Source: an uncultured Candidatus Saccharibacteria bacterium (GTDB lineage Bacteria; Patescibacteriota; Minisyncoccia; Phycocordibacterales; UBA2100). Taken from it: 60,696 nucleotides of DNA. Where the stretch lies: positions 23,202 through 83,897 of the forward strand of contig CAZGUV010000002.1 of assembly GCA_964528735.1 (NCBI GenBank), in the 5' to 3' direction. Every line of letters starts with the position of its first letter. The first letter of the stretch is position 1. Shown here one piece after another: positions 8,640-17,650 of this stretch. The notes below the pieces were generated by a model. That model saw only the letters and a list, made by a program, of their open reading frames with translations. It did not search any database and was not told the origin of the DNA. The position numbers and the translations under genes are program-made.

Positions 8640-9749
8640 TCAAGATTTCTTTTGGTATCTTGAGATATTGAGCAAAACACCCACTGCCGCAAGTGAGATA
8701 AGGAGAGCTGTACCGCCATGGCTCACAAAGATAAGCGGGTTGCCTGAATATGGGAGCACTCCAACAATCACCGCGATGTTTATGAATGATTGGGTGATGA
8801 TAAGGAGTGTAATCCCAGAACCGAGCAATACACCAAACATGTCAGGTGCGCGAACTGATAGTGTGATACCACGCAGTGCAAAGAGCAAAAACGCGAGCAC
8901 TAAGATACATGAACCCAAAAATCCAAACTCCTCCGCAAAAACAGCAAAAATCGAGTCGCCTACAGGCTCAGGGAGGTAGCCAAATTTCTGTACGCTCTGT
9001 CCAAAGCCTCGTCCGAGAAATCCTCCTGATCCAACAGCGATGAGTGATTGGTTTGCTTGGTAGCCGCTTCCGAGTACATCAGCAGATGGGTTCATAAACG
9101 AAAGGACTCGTTCTCGCGCGTGAGGCTTTACATATAAAATAAGAGAGAGTCCGATAAGAGCAACAAGTATCACAACCGCCATATCTCGATACCTCATACC
9201 CGCCATGTAAAAAACACCAAAAGTCGCAGCGCCGATGATAAGCAAAACATCTATATCCGGCTGAAGAAGTAAGAGCACGCATGGGAGTGCGAGTATTGCC
9301 CCCAGTCCTCCGAGTGCGTAGTACGTGTGTGTCCTAATCTCCTTTGCAAAACCTGCGCCGTATGATGCAGCGGCGAGTATGACGGCATATTTCAAAAGTT
9401 CGGCAGGTTGAAATGTAGCGAAGTACATATCAAGCCATCGGGTCGCACCCTTTGCGGTGATTCCAAAACCAGGAACAAAAACAAGCGCGGTCATGAGCAA
9501 GCCAAATGCATACAAGTACGGTGCATAGTTTCGATAGAGTGTGTAATGTACCGAACGTGTCACGTACAGTGCAATTCCCCCACCGCAAAGCCCAAGAATA
9601 AATTGGTTGCCAATAATATTCATAATCGATACCGTGCCACCCGCGAGTAGTCCAAGTGAAGCAGAAAGAAATATGAGAAAACCGCCGATCGCCAAGGAGA
9701 CTGTCAGGATAGAAAGTAGTTTGTCTGGTGGTGCAGTCTTTCGTGCCAT
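8640..9749 (-). CDS. ftsW: FtsW/RodA/SpoVE-family (SEDS) protein
   Basis: About 10 predicted TM helices and a typical SEDS C-terminal PLIFVSHGGTALL motif. Lies between mraY and murG. Confidence 0.85.
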   Translation of the reverse strand: MARKTAPPDKLLSILTVSLAIGGFLIFLSASLGLLAGGTVSIMNIIGNQFILGLCGGGIALYVTRSVHYTLYRNYAPYLYAFGLLMTALVFVPGFGITAKGATRWLDMYFATFQPAELLKYAVILAAASYGAGFAKEIRTHTYYALGGLGAILALPCVLLLLQPDIDVLLIIGAATFGVFYMAGMRYRDMAVVILVALIGLSLILYVKPHARERVLSFMNPSADVLGSGYQANQSLIAVGSGGFLGRGFGQSVQKFGYLPEPVGDSIFAVFAEEFGFLGSCILVLAFLLFALRGITLSVRAPDMFGVLLGSGITLLIITQSFINIAVIVGVLPYSGNPLIFVSHGGTALLISLAAVGVLLNISRYQKKS

Positions 9750-9802
9750 GCAGTAGTTATACCACTACTTCCCCACAGTGCATGCTCTCTGCTGTATATA
9801 TG

Positions 9803-10864
9803 TTAGCCGATTACGGCAAAGACGACGCCGACAAGTGCACACATCCATGACACAACCCAGTATCGCATCGTTACTTTGTAGCTTGGCCAACCGATTGCCT
9901 CAAAGTGATGGTGGAGTGGTGCAATCCGAAGAAGCTTTTTTCCATAGATTTTTTTATACATGAGCTGAGCAATAACAGAAAGTACGGTGACGACAAGTGG
10001 AAAGCCGATTATAAGTAGTGCAGAGATGCCAATACCTCCTCCCATTGCGTCAGTCATACATGCGACTACTGCAAGAGTAAGCGTGAGCGCCATGGTGCCC
10101 GTTTCTGTCATGTAGAAGCGTGCGGGCGGGATGTTGTACCATAGAAAAGCAAGGAGCGACCCGACAATCATCGAACAAAATGCAGCGAGGTCATACTGTT
10201 GCTGTTGAAATGCAACGATAGCGTAGGCGGTAAATATTGATGAAAAGACACCACCTGAGAGTCCATCAATACCGTCGATGATTCCACTTGCGTAAATGCA
10301 CATAGCAAAAAACATAAAAAATGGAATGAGTAGTGGTCCGATGAGCCATACGCCTGCAAACGGAATACTAATCCCAACTACACCAACTTTCGCAAAAAAC
10401 CACCATCCTATAAAGCCAGAAAGTCCCGCGACAATACTGAGCCGAACTCTGAGCGAAATCCCCTTCGCCTCAGGTCTGCAATCGAGTATGTCATTTATAA
10501 ATCCAACACACGCGCCTATAAGAAGAGCCGCGAGAGGAATCCACGTCTGCGAACGTGACAAAAAATTAAATTTTACTTCTCCTACAACCGGAAACAGAGG
10601 TGCAAGAAGTGCGATAGCGACAATAGTTATAAGAGAGCTGCCCCATACGACGATACCCCCCATGCGTGGCGTCTTCTTCTCTCCTTCGAGCTTGAGCTTG
10701 TTGAATTCGTGCGCCACGCTACCATCCATTGCTGTCTTCCCTGGCTTCTTTTTCCACATTTTGTACTCGTAGAGGTACTTAGTTACGAGTGGGGTCATAA
10801 GTACTCCAATCACGAATGCGAGCGCAGGAGGAATGAGAACTTTGAGGATATCTACGGGCACCAT
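9803..10864 (-). CDS. mraY: Phospho-N-acetylmuramoyl-pentapeptide transferase
   Basis: Polytopic membrane protein with APLHHHFE near the C-terminus. The track ORF extends to 10939; the internal Met at 10864 avoids overlap with the divergent aquaporin gene. Confidence 0.9.
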   Translation of the reverse strand: MVPVDILKVLIPPALAFVIGVLMTPLVTKYLYEYKMWKKKPGKTAMDGSVAHEFNKLKLEGEKKTPRMGGIVVWGSSLITIVAIALLAPLFPVVGEVKFNFLSRSQTWIPLAALLIGACVGFINDILDCRPEAKGISLRVRLSIVAGLSGFIGWWFFAKVGVVGISIPFAGVWLIGPLLIPFFMFFAMCIYASGIIDGIDGLSGGVFSSIFTAYAIVAFQQQQYDLAAFCSMIVGSLLAFLWYNIPPARFYMTETGTMALTLTLAVVACMTDAMGGGIGISALLIIGFPLVVTVLSVIAQLMYKKIYGKKLLRIAPLHHHFEAIGWPSYKVTMRYWVVSWMCALVGVVFAVIG

Positions 10865-10927
10865 GGGCGATAGTATATACCCAATGTATTGCGCAGCAAC
10901 TACGCCTCGGTGGTATACTCTAGGTCT

Positions 10928-11533
10928 ATGATGATTCATTCAAGACACATTGCGGAAGCCTTTGGAACAGGTATTCTCGCGTTATCAGTTGCTCTCTCAG
11001 TACAATCAGGAAGTTCATTGCCGGTGAGCACAGCGGTATTGGCAGCGCTGATTGTCGGTGTATACGTGTTTACTATTGGTGCACTTACCGGAACACACTT
11101 AAACCCGGCGGTGACGCTCGCACAGTTGGCACAAAAGCGCATCGGAAGTATGGATGCACTCTATTACATTGGTGCACAAGTTGTTGGAGCTGTTGTCGCA
11201 GGACTTATTGTACACGGCATGGGCATTGTAAAAATTGCACAAATATTTACATTTAATCCAGCGGTCTTTATTTCTGAAATCTTCGGCGCACTCATGCTTA
11301 TGTTTGGTATTGCCTCAGTGGTGACTGGAAGAGTTACCACTCACGGTGCCCCATTCGTTATCGGAGGGTCACTCCTCATTGGTATCATGCTTGCGCTCCT
11401 CATGGGTGGTATCGGCATTCTCAATCCGGCAGTAGCACTCGCACTTGGTGAGTTTTCTATTGACACATTCTTGGGTCCAATCATTGGAGCAACGATAGGA
11501 ATGTACTTCTATACACTACTCACTGATAAGTAG
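10928..11533 (+). CDS. MIP-family channel (aquaporin/glycerol facilitator)
   Basis: Two NPA boxes (HLNPAVTLA and ILNPAVALA) and six TM segments. The track ORF starts at 10889 but the likely start is the Met at 10928. Confidence 0.85.
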   Translation: MMIHSRHIAEAFGTGILALSVALSVQSGSSLPVSTAVLAALIVGVYVFTIGALTGTHLNPAVTLAQLAQKRIGSMDALYYIGAQVVGAVVAGLIVHGMGIVKIAQIFTFNPAVFISEIFGALMLMFGIASVVTGRVTTHGAPFVIGGSLLIGIMLALLMGGIGILNPAVALALGEFSIDTFLGPIIGATIGMYFYTLLTDK

Positions 11534-11552
11534 TCCTGACACGAGCTTTATG

Positions 11553-11578
11553 AAAAGACCCCGAATGGGGTCTTTTTT
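11553..11578. terminator. Bidirectional intrinsic terminator between convergent genes
   Basis: AAAAGACCCC-GAAT-GGGGTCTTTTTT has A/T runs on both sides. Confidence 0.7.
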
Positions 11579-12545
11579 ATCGGAGTGCTTCGACAATCGC
11601 CTTCACATCAGTGAAGCGAGATTCTTTTGTTGACCCAAGGACTACGACAGAGACGGGTTCATTTATCGAACGGTCAAAAACAATCGCGAGGTTACCTCCA
11701 GCGAGATCGGTGTAGCCGGTCTTTCCACCAAGGAGTGAAGGAATCTCAGGAATTGCTTCGTTTGTGTTTCTTGCTGCGTGTGTGATACCTGACACTGAAG
11801 TAAATGTGTCATACGGTCGCATCGTTGCTTCGATAAGTTCTGGCTTTCGTTTGGTGATGTACGCAAGGAGTTGTCCGATATCTCGCGCTGTTCCGTAAGC
11901 ACCAGCGTTGACTGGGCTTGTATCAAGTCCAGTTTCATCGATGAACTCAAGACTAGTGAGTCCGAGTCCTTCAGCGCGCTCGTTCATAAGACGTATGAAT
12001 GCAACTCGCTCAGTTTCACCATCCCGAGCTTCCTTTTGCCCCACATGTTTTGAGAGAGCAACCGCGGCATCATTTGAAGAGGTAATGAGCATGAAATCTA
12101 CAAGATCCTTCGCTCTCCACTGTTCTGATGCGAAGAGGGTGCTATCCCCTTCTTCGTTGAGTGCATCGCGAGTTACTGTGATGACTTCGTCATCGTTCAT
12201 GTACTCAAGTGTTACAAGTGCAGTCATGAGCTTCGTAACGGATGCAAGAGGCATAATCTCTGACGAGTTCTTTTCAAAGAGTACTGTGTTGTGTGTTATG
12301 TCTAACACGTAGACACCTCGTGCTGCGAGCTGTCCAGGGTCTTTAATTGGCTCTACAAGAGGTACATCTGGCTCGATGGGGGTATTCTTCAAGTTGACTG
12401 CTCCGCTCACCTGCGCGCCCAATTTTTGAGCTTCTGAGCTCAGCTTGTCATCAAATGTAGTATACGAACCAAGTGCAGAGCCAACCACGAAAATCGCAAT
12501 TGCGACAAAGGAGTAAATTGCAATATATTTCTGTATTTTGTTCAC
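11577..12545 (-). CDS. D-alanyl-D-alanine carboxypeptidase (S11 penicillin-binding protein)
   Basis: SVTK (SxxK), SSND (SxN) and KTGYT (KTG) motifs, with an N-terminal TM anchor. Confidence 0.8.
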   Translation of the reverse strand: MNKIQKYIAIYSFVAIAIFVVGSALGSYTTFDDKLSSEAQKLGAQVSGAVNLKNTPIEPDVPLVEPIKDPGQLAARGVYVLDITHNTVLFEKNSSEIMPLASVTKLMTALVTLEYMNDDEVITVTRDALNEEGDSTLFASEQWRAKDLVDFMLITSSNDAAVALSKHVGQKEARDGETERVAFIRLMNERAEGLGLTSLEFIDETGLDTSPVNAGAYGTARDIGQLLAYITKRKPELIEATMRPYDTFTSVSGITHAARNTNEAIPEIPSLLGGKTGYTDLAGGNLAIVFDRSINEPVSVVVLGSTKESRFTDVKAIVEALR

Positions 12546-12593
12546 TGAAAGAGTCTAGCGTATCTTCGACACTATGGCAATGCGTTAAGCCTT

Positions 12594-13172
12594 TTATTCG
12601 TTGCTATCGGTATCGACCTCAGGTACTTCGTGTGTGTTTGTTACGCTCATGCGCTGCTCGAATGCTTTCAATGATTCTTGGATTGATTCGCGGTTCGGGA
12701 CGTCATTACTGTTTTGTATCCCGAGATGAGCGAGTGCTTCAGGAGATGCTTCGTAGTATGCAGATGGACCGTCCTGAGTTTTTGTAATCAACCCTCTCAT
12801 ACGCAAGTTTCTGAGTGAAAATGATGAGTTTACACCTCGAATGGTGTCGATTTCTGCTTGAGTACTCTTCCCGCGGTAGAACAGTATTCCGATGACCTCA
12901 AGTGAGGCAGGCCCTATTTCCTTTGCGAGTGAATCTTTGTGCATTTTTTCGATAAACTGAGCACATTCTGGTGCGACTCGGAGTGATACTTCTGAGTCAT
13001 TTGAAATACAGACAATACCCCTTCCTTGATAGAGTGCCGTGAGGTTCTGTACCTCTACGCGCACATCTTCAAGTGAAGCGCCAGTGACTTGCGTGAGTTC
13101 TTTATATGTCGCACTTCCCCCTTCGTAGAAAAGATATGCCTCGATTTTTTGAACTAGTGTTGCGTCAGTCAT
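12594..13172 (-). CDS. scpB: Segregation and condensation protein B
   Basis: Tandem winged-helix pattern (EAYLFYEGG..., LEVIGILFYRGKSTQAEIDTIRG). Lies immediately downstream of scpA. Confidence 0.8.
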   Translation of the reverse strand: MTDATLVQKIEAYLFYEGGSATYKELTQVTGASLEDVRVEVQNLTALYQGRGIVCISNDSEVSLRVAPECAQFIEKMHKDSLAKEIGPASLEVIGILFYRGKSTQAEIDTIRGVNSSFSLRNLRMRGLITKTQDGPSAYYEASPEALAHLGIQNSNDVPNRESIQESLKAFEQRMSVTNTHEVPEVDTDSNE

Positions 13173-13173
13173 A

Positions 13174-13896
13174 TTAGTTGTTTGTTTGAATCATCATGAT
13201 GTCGTCTGTATGACCTTGCTGTTCAGCTTCAACCATACCAAGCTTTACAAGCTCAAGCAACGCAAGAAAAAGCACTACGACATCGTTTCTGTGGCTTCCA
13301 GATGCTGTTGTTCGAAACGATGTGTGTGTTGAACTTTTGAGAACTCGCTGCTTTATTCTCTCAATCATTTCCTCAATGCTTACTGTTTTATGAACGGTTG
13401 CTTTCGGGTGACTTTTTGTAAAGACAGGTAATGCTACAATCAGTTCGTGTAAGGATTTTTGGATATGCTCAAGTGTAAAGTCCTGCGAGGGTGCAAAGCA
13501 CACTTCACGGGCCGGCTCTCGCCTAAAGCTCATCAAGTATGTACTACCCCACTGCTGTTCAATACGCTTTGCGGCCTTCTTGTAAACTGCATAGCGCTCA
13601 AGTGCAAACGTCAAATCCTCTACCTGCACCTCCTCCTCTTCAGTAAGATGAAAGTCAGGCAAAAGCGAGCGAGACTTGATGAGTAGCAATGTGGCGGCGA
13701 TAGCCACATAGGATGCTCTGTCATAGAGCGGGACCGCGTGAGTCTTGAGATACTCAATGTATGCATCAGCAACCTCAGCAAGTGAGACTTCATTTATGAA
13801 CAACTTTCTTTTCTCCACCAATTCAAGGAGCACATCGAGTGGCCCGTTGAAATTCATAACATTGAGTGTAAATGGTTGAACTGTTTCTGTCGTCAT
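13174..13896 (-). CDS. scpA: Segregation and condensation protein A (kleisin)
   Basis: N-terminal FNGPLDVLLELVEKRKL motif. Length 240 aa and pairing with scpB. Confidence 0.8.
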   Translation of the reverse strand: MTTETVQPFTLNVMNFNGPLDVLLELVEKRKLFINEVSLAEVADAYIEYLKTHAVPLYDRASYVAIAATLLLIKSRSLLPDFHLTEEEEVQVEDLTFALERYAVYKKAAKRIEQQWGSTYLMSFRREPAREVCFAPSQDFTLEHIQKSLHELIVALPVFTKSHPKATVHKTVSIEEMIERIKQRVLKSSTHTSFRTTASGSHRNDVVVLFLALLELVKLGMVEAEQQGHTDDIMMIQTNN

Positions 13897-13898
13897 GA

Positions 13899-15128
13899 CT
13901 ACAGGGTGAATTGCCCCTCTTTATATAGTACCACCTCACTTCCATCATGCATGTGTGCAATGACAGTGCGTGGTGCAGTAGAAATGATATCGGTGTGAAC
14001 AGACGAATCGTTGAAACCCAAATCCGCAAACTCCTCTTGTGTCATATCTGACAGCGCACCGGTGCATGTACTTTTGTATGCCATCCCAAGCGCTATGTGA
14101 GTATTTCCATACGGTCCACCGATATTTTCATCGTAGAGTGTCTCCGCCATAAACTTCGTTATTCGCGAGGTACGTCTATCAGTGAGTGAAAATTCACCAA
14201 TCTTGTCAGCACCCGGAGTACGAATCATTTCCTTGAGAAGCTTTTCGTTCGTCTTTGCCGTTGCCTTCACTACTTTTCCATCTTTGAATGTTAGTTCAAT
14301 ACCAGTGATTCTGTTTCCATATCGATAGAGTGGTTGATTGAATCGAATCCAGCCGTTAGTGCCTCTCCAGTCCGGTGATGTAAATATTTCAAAGCTTGGA
14401 ATATTTGCACCACTTCCGCCAAGCCACGCACGCTTTTTCCCGAGTGAAATCCAAAGATCCACGTCTTTACCCACCATGTGAAGCTTGTCGATGTTGTGAG
14501 AGATTGCGTTAAGTTTGCCGCGCGCTCCTTCAATCATATTGAAGACCTTCTTCCACTCTTTAATCGGATCTTTTTTGTCCAAGAAGCATGCCTTTATGAT
14601 TTGGTCCCAGTACTGCTTGTGAGTCATTCCTGCCTCCTTCGCCATACCTTCGGTACCAAAAAGTGCGATAGTCCATGAAAACTTACCTTTCAACTCTTTC
14701 TCACTCTCCCAATCACGAAACTGCTTCCATGCCTTACCGCGTCGCATGATTTTTTTCGGGTCTATACCTTTGAGCTCATGAGGATCCTTGTGCGCAAGGA
14801 TGTGTATTGAATGATCGATTTCATCGACAAGACCTTTTACGTAGCGAGCCGGAAACCAATCAATCTGCTCGTCATTTGCAAGCATGAAAAACTCGCGGGT
14901 GCCTGAGCGTCTACTTGCGGTGCCGTCAGGAAGAAAGTTTGGGATGACATGTCCTCCTGCCCTAATTATTTCGTTCCGTACCTCGACAAACAAATCGCGC
15001 GCTGCCTCCGGTGCATTGAGGTGCACCACTTCCCCCTTTCGTATTCCTGATCCGCCATTGAGTGCAAAGCGAACAAGTACTTTCGCGTAACGTTGCAAAA
15101 TAAGTCTACTCGGTGTGTACGTAGCCAT
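13899..15128 (-). CDS. M29-family aminopeptidase (AmpS/PepS-like)
   Basis: N-terminal LQRYAKVLVRFALNGGSGIRKGEVV is typical of M29 enzymes. Length 409 aa. Confidence 0.7.
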   Translation of the reverse strand: MATYTPSRLILQRYAKVLVRFALNGGSGIRKGEVVHLNAPEAARDLFVEVRNEIIRAGGHVIPNFLPDGTASRRSGTREFFMLANDEQIDWFPARYVKGLVDEIDHSIHILAHKDPHELKGIDPKKIMRRGKAWKQFRDWESEKELKGKFSWTIALFGTEGMAKEAGMTHKQYWDQIIKACFLDKKDPIKEWKKVFNMIEGARGKLNAISHNIDKLHMVGKDVDLWISLGKKRAWLGGSGANIPSFEIFTSPDWRGTNGWIRFNQPLYRYGNRITGIELTFKDGKVVKATAKTNEKLLKEMIRTPGADKIGEFSLTDRRTSRITKFMAETLYDENIGGPYGNTHIALGMAYKSTCTGALSDMTQEEFADLGFNDSSVHTDIISTAPRTVIAHMHDGSEVVLYKEGQFTL

Positions 15129-15130
15129 GG

Positions 15131-16477
15131 TTATTCGGTTATTTCTGCGTTAAGTCGTTTGTCGATTCGAGTCATATCTCGAGGGAATGCTGATGCCTCT
15201 TTTACGTTTTTTAGCTCGAGCATGCGAGCAGTGAATCGCTCGAGTCCTGTTGAGCATCCACCATGTGGAGGCATGCCTGATTTGAATGCCTCGAGATAGA
15301 ATGTGAACTTTTCTGGATCCATGCCCCGCTCCTTTATTCTTCCAACCAGCTCTTCATATTCATGAATTCGCTGTGAACCACTGTTTATCTCGAGTCCCCT
15401 GAAGAGCAAATCAAAACTCTTTGAGAATCCAGGACGTGCGTCATCAGCGTACGTATAAAATGCTCGCTTCTTTGTTGGGAAATGTGTAATAAACACAAAG
15501 TCCGTGCCTTTTTCACGCGCTGACCACTCACAGATGAGTCGTTCGTGCTCTGGTTCCATATCTGGTTCGCCTACACAGGTAAGGTTGTACTCCTTTTCGA
15601 GGATTTCTTGTGCTTCGGTAAGAGTGAGTTGTACAAACGACTCCCCCAAAAGTGGTACTGTTGTACCCATTCGTGCAAAGAGTGGTGCATGCTTCTTTTC
15701 TACCTCAATCACTACTGAACGCACAACTTTTTCAAGCATCGCCATTACTTCAGTGTGGTCATCAATAAAGCCCATTTCAAAATCCATCTGTGTAAGTTCA
15801 CTCAGGTGACGTGTGGTTGCTGATTTTTCTGCTCGGAAGATTTTTGCAATAGTGAATGATCGCTCGAATGGCCCCACCATAATCTGTTTGTAGAATTGTG
15901 GACTTGTCGCAAGGTATGCGTCGTGATCATTGTAGTAGTGCACTTTGAAAACAGCAGAACCTCCTTCAGCGTCACCACCAACAAGCGCAGGAGCTTGGAA
16001 TTCGGTGAACCCTTCAGTGCGGAGTGTTTCTCTGTATGTGTTCACAATCGTGCCTTGGACAGTGAAAATATCTCGAGCGCGCTGTTGGCGAAGTGTGAGT
16101 GGCAAATGGTCAAAATAGGTCTCAATGTTTACATCGGCTTCAATCTCAAATGGAAGCTCATGCGCTGTTCCAAGGACAGTGAGGCTCTGAATTTGCAATT
16201 CGAGTGTACCGTTCATCTCTTCAGGCTTCTTTGTTTTTTCACCTCGCTCAACAACGGTACCGGTTATAGATACCGGACTTTGAATCCGAGCCTTGTCTGT
16301 TGATGCAAAAGCCTCTGCAGCGCTTGCATGTACAACTGCCTGAATAATACCTGTTCTATCACGGACGACTAAAAAGATAAGTTTGCCATGGTCACGCCTG
16401 ATATCTACCATGCCCGCTACCGTAACAGTCTCACCTATGTGTGCGGTAAGTTCTCCTAAAAGTGTTCTGTCTTTCAT
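15131..16477 (-). CDS. aspS: Aspartyl-tRNA synthetase, archaeal/eukaryal short type (class IIb; Asn specificity not excluded)
   Basis: OB-fold N-terminus, motif 2 FRAEKSATTRH and motif 3 GGCSTGLERF. Length 448 aa. Confidence 0.8.
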   Translation of the reverse strand: MKDRTLLGELTAHIGETVTVAGMVDIRRDHGKLIFLVVRDRTGIIQAVVHASAAEAFASTDKARIQSPVSITGTVVERGEKTKKPEEMNGTLELQIQSLTVLGTAHELPFEIEADVNIETYFDHLPLTLRQQRARDIFTVQGTIVNTYRETLRTEGFTEFQAPALVGGDAEGGSAVFKVHYYNDHDAYLATSPQFYKQIMVGPFERSFTIAKIFRAEKSATTRHLSELTQMDFEMGFIDDHTEVMAMLEKVVRSVVIEVEKKHAPLFARMGTTVPLLGESFVQLTLTEAQEILEKEYNLTCVGEPDMEPEHERLICEWSAREKGTDFVFITHFPTKKRAFYTYADDARPGFSKSFDLLFRGLEINSGSQRIHEYEELVGRIKERGMDPEKFTFYLEAFKSGMPPHGGCSTGLERFTARMLELKNVKEASAFPRDMTRIDKRLNAEITE

Positions 16478-16591
16478 ATTAAAGTATTGTTTCTGTAATA
16501 AATGTACTATGCGATTGTGTATGAAGTATATGCCGTTGAAACGGCATTTGTGTTGCGATTGGTTGAAGTTAAGACTCGCATACTCATAACG

Positions 16592-17635
16592 CTAGTATAT
16601 CTTAAAACCAAATGCAGTACGAACTTCGGTGAGCGAATCTGCTGCTATAGAACGTGCCTTCTCAGTGCCCTCTCTCAGTATTCTTTTTACCTCTCCAGGG
16701 TTTGATTCATAATATCGTCTTCGTTCACGAATCGGCTCAAGAAATTCATTCATAACCCCAACCAAGTAGCGCTTTACTTCCATGTCTCCCACAGCGCCCT
16801 CTCGATACCTTGTTTTAAAGGTCTCGATTGCTTCTTTGTGTGTGTCTCGCCCGAATGTGTCTAGGTACATGAACACTGGGTTTCCTTCAACTGTCCCAGG
16901 GTCTGTCGCACGAATTCTTTTAGGATCTGTGTACATACTCATAATCTTCTTTTCAACATCCTCTGGTGACTCACCAAGGAAGATGGTGTTGCCGACGCTT
17001 TTACTCATTTTCGGACTTCCGTCAGTGCCGACCAGCTTTCCGACTCTTCCTACAAGCCCCTCTGGCTCAGGGAAGATAGTTTTCCCTGCGTGAGTATTTA
17101 TATCGCGTGCAATCTCTCGTGATTGCTCAAGGTGTGCGAGTTGGTCAACACCTACAGGGACAAGGTCGCCTTTCACGCACAGAATATCAGCCGCCTGGTA
17201 TATCGGGTAGTTAACAAAACCGAGAGAGTACACATCACCCAGTCCTTTTATTTTGATTTCATCCTTGATGGTTGGATTTCGAAGTGCCGTTGCATGAGTG
17301 ACATACATGCTGAAAAATGCGGCGAGCTCATATATTTCTGGTACTCCTGATTCTGCAAAAATAGTAACTTTCTCTGGATCAAGACCGACAGCGAGGTTAT
17401 CGGTTGTTGTTTCAAGAAGGTACTCGCCAACTTTCTGAGGCTCTTTGTGCAAGGTCGTTAGCGCATGCAAATCAGCCTCGATAATAAAGGTCTCGTATTG
17501 ATCTTGAAGTTTTACTCGGTTTTCAAGTGTACCTACGTAGTGCCCGATGTGGAGCTTCCCGGTAGGTGTGTCACCAGTTAATATCCGCTTTTTTTTCTGT
17601 GCATCTGTCATCTTGCAAATAGTACCAGAAAACAC
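16592..17635 (-). CDS. trpS: Tryptophanyl-tRNA synthetase
   Basis: TGKLHIGHYVG (HIGH) and KMSKS. The likely start is the internal Met at 17611. Confidence 0.9.
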   Translation of the reverse strand: MFSGTICKMTDAQKKKRILTGDTPTGKLHIGHYVGTLENRVKLQDQYETFIIEADLHALTTLHKEPQKVGEYLLETTTDNLAVGLDPEKVTIFAESGVPEIYELAAFFSMYVTHATALRNPTIKDEIKIKGLGDVYSLGFVNYPIYQAADILCVKGDLVPVGVDQLAHLEQSREIARDINTHAGKTIFPEPEGLVGRVGKLVGTDGSPKMSKSVGNTIFLGESPEDVEKKIMSMYTDPKRIRATDPGTVEGNPVFMYLDTFGRDTHKEAIETFKTRYREGAVGDMEVKRYLVGVMNEFLEPIRERRRYYESNPGEVKRILREGTEKARSIAADSLTEVRTAFGFKIY

Positions 17636-17650
17636 ACTATCTGCACGGTC

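Noticed and set aside
16478-16591. 114-nt gap between trpS and aspS, examined for a tRNA, a small RNA or a terminator.
   Set aside because: It contains only a 6-8-bp hairpin (ATGCCGTT/AACGGCAT) without a convincing U-tract and no tRNA-like arms. That is too weak to call.
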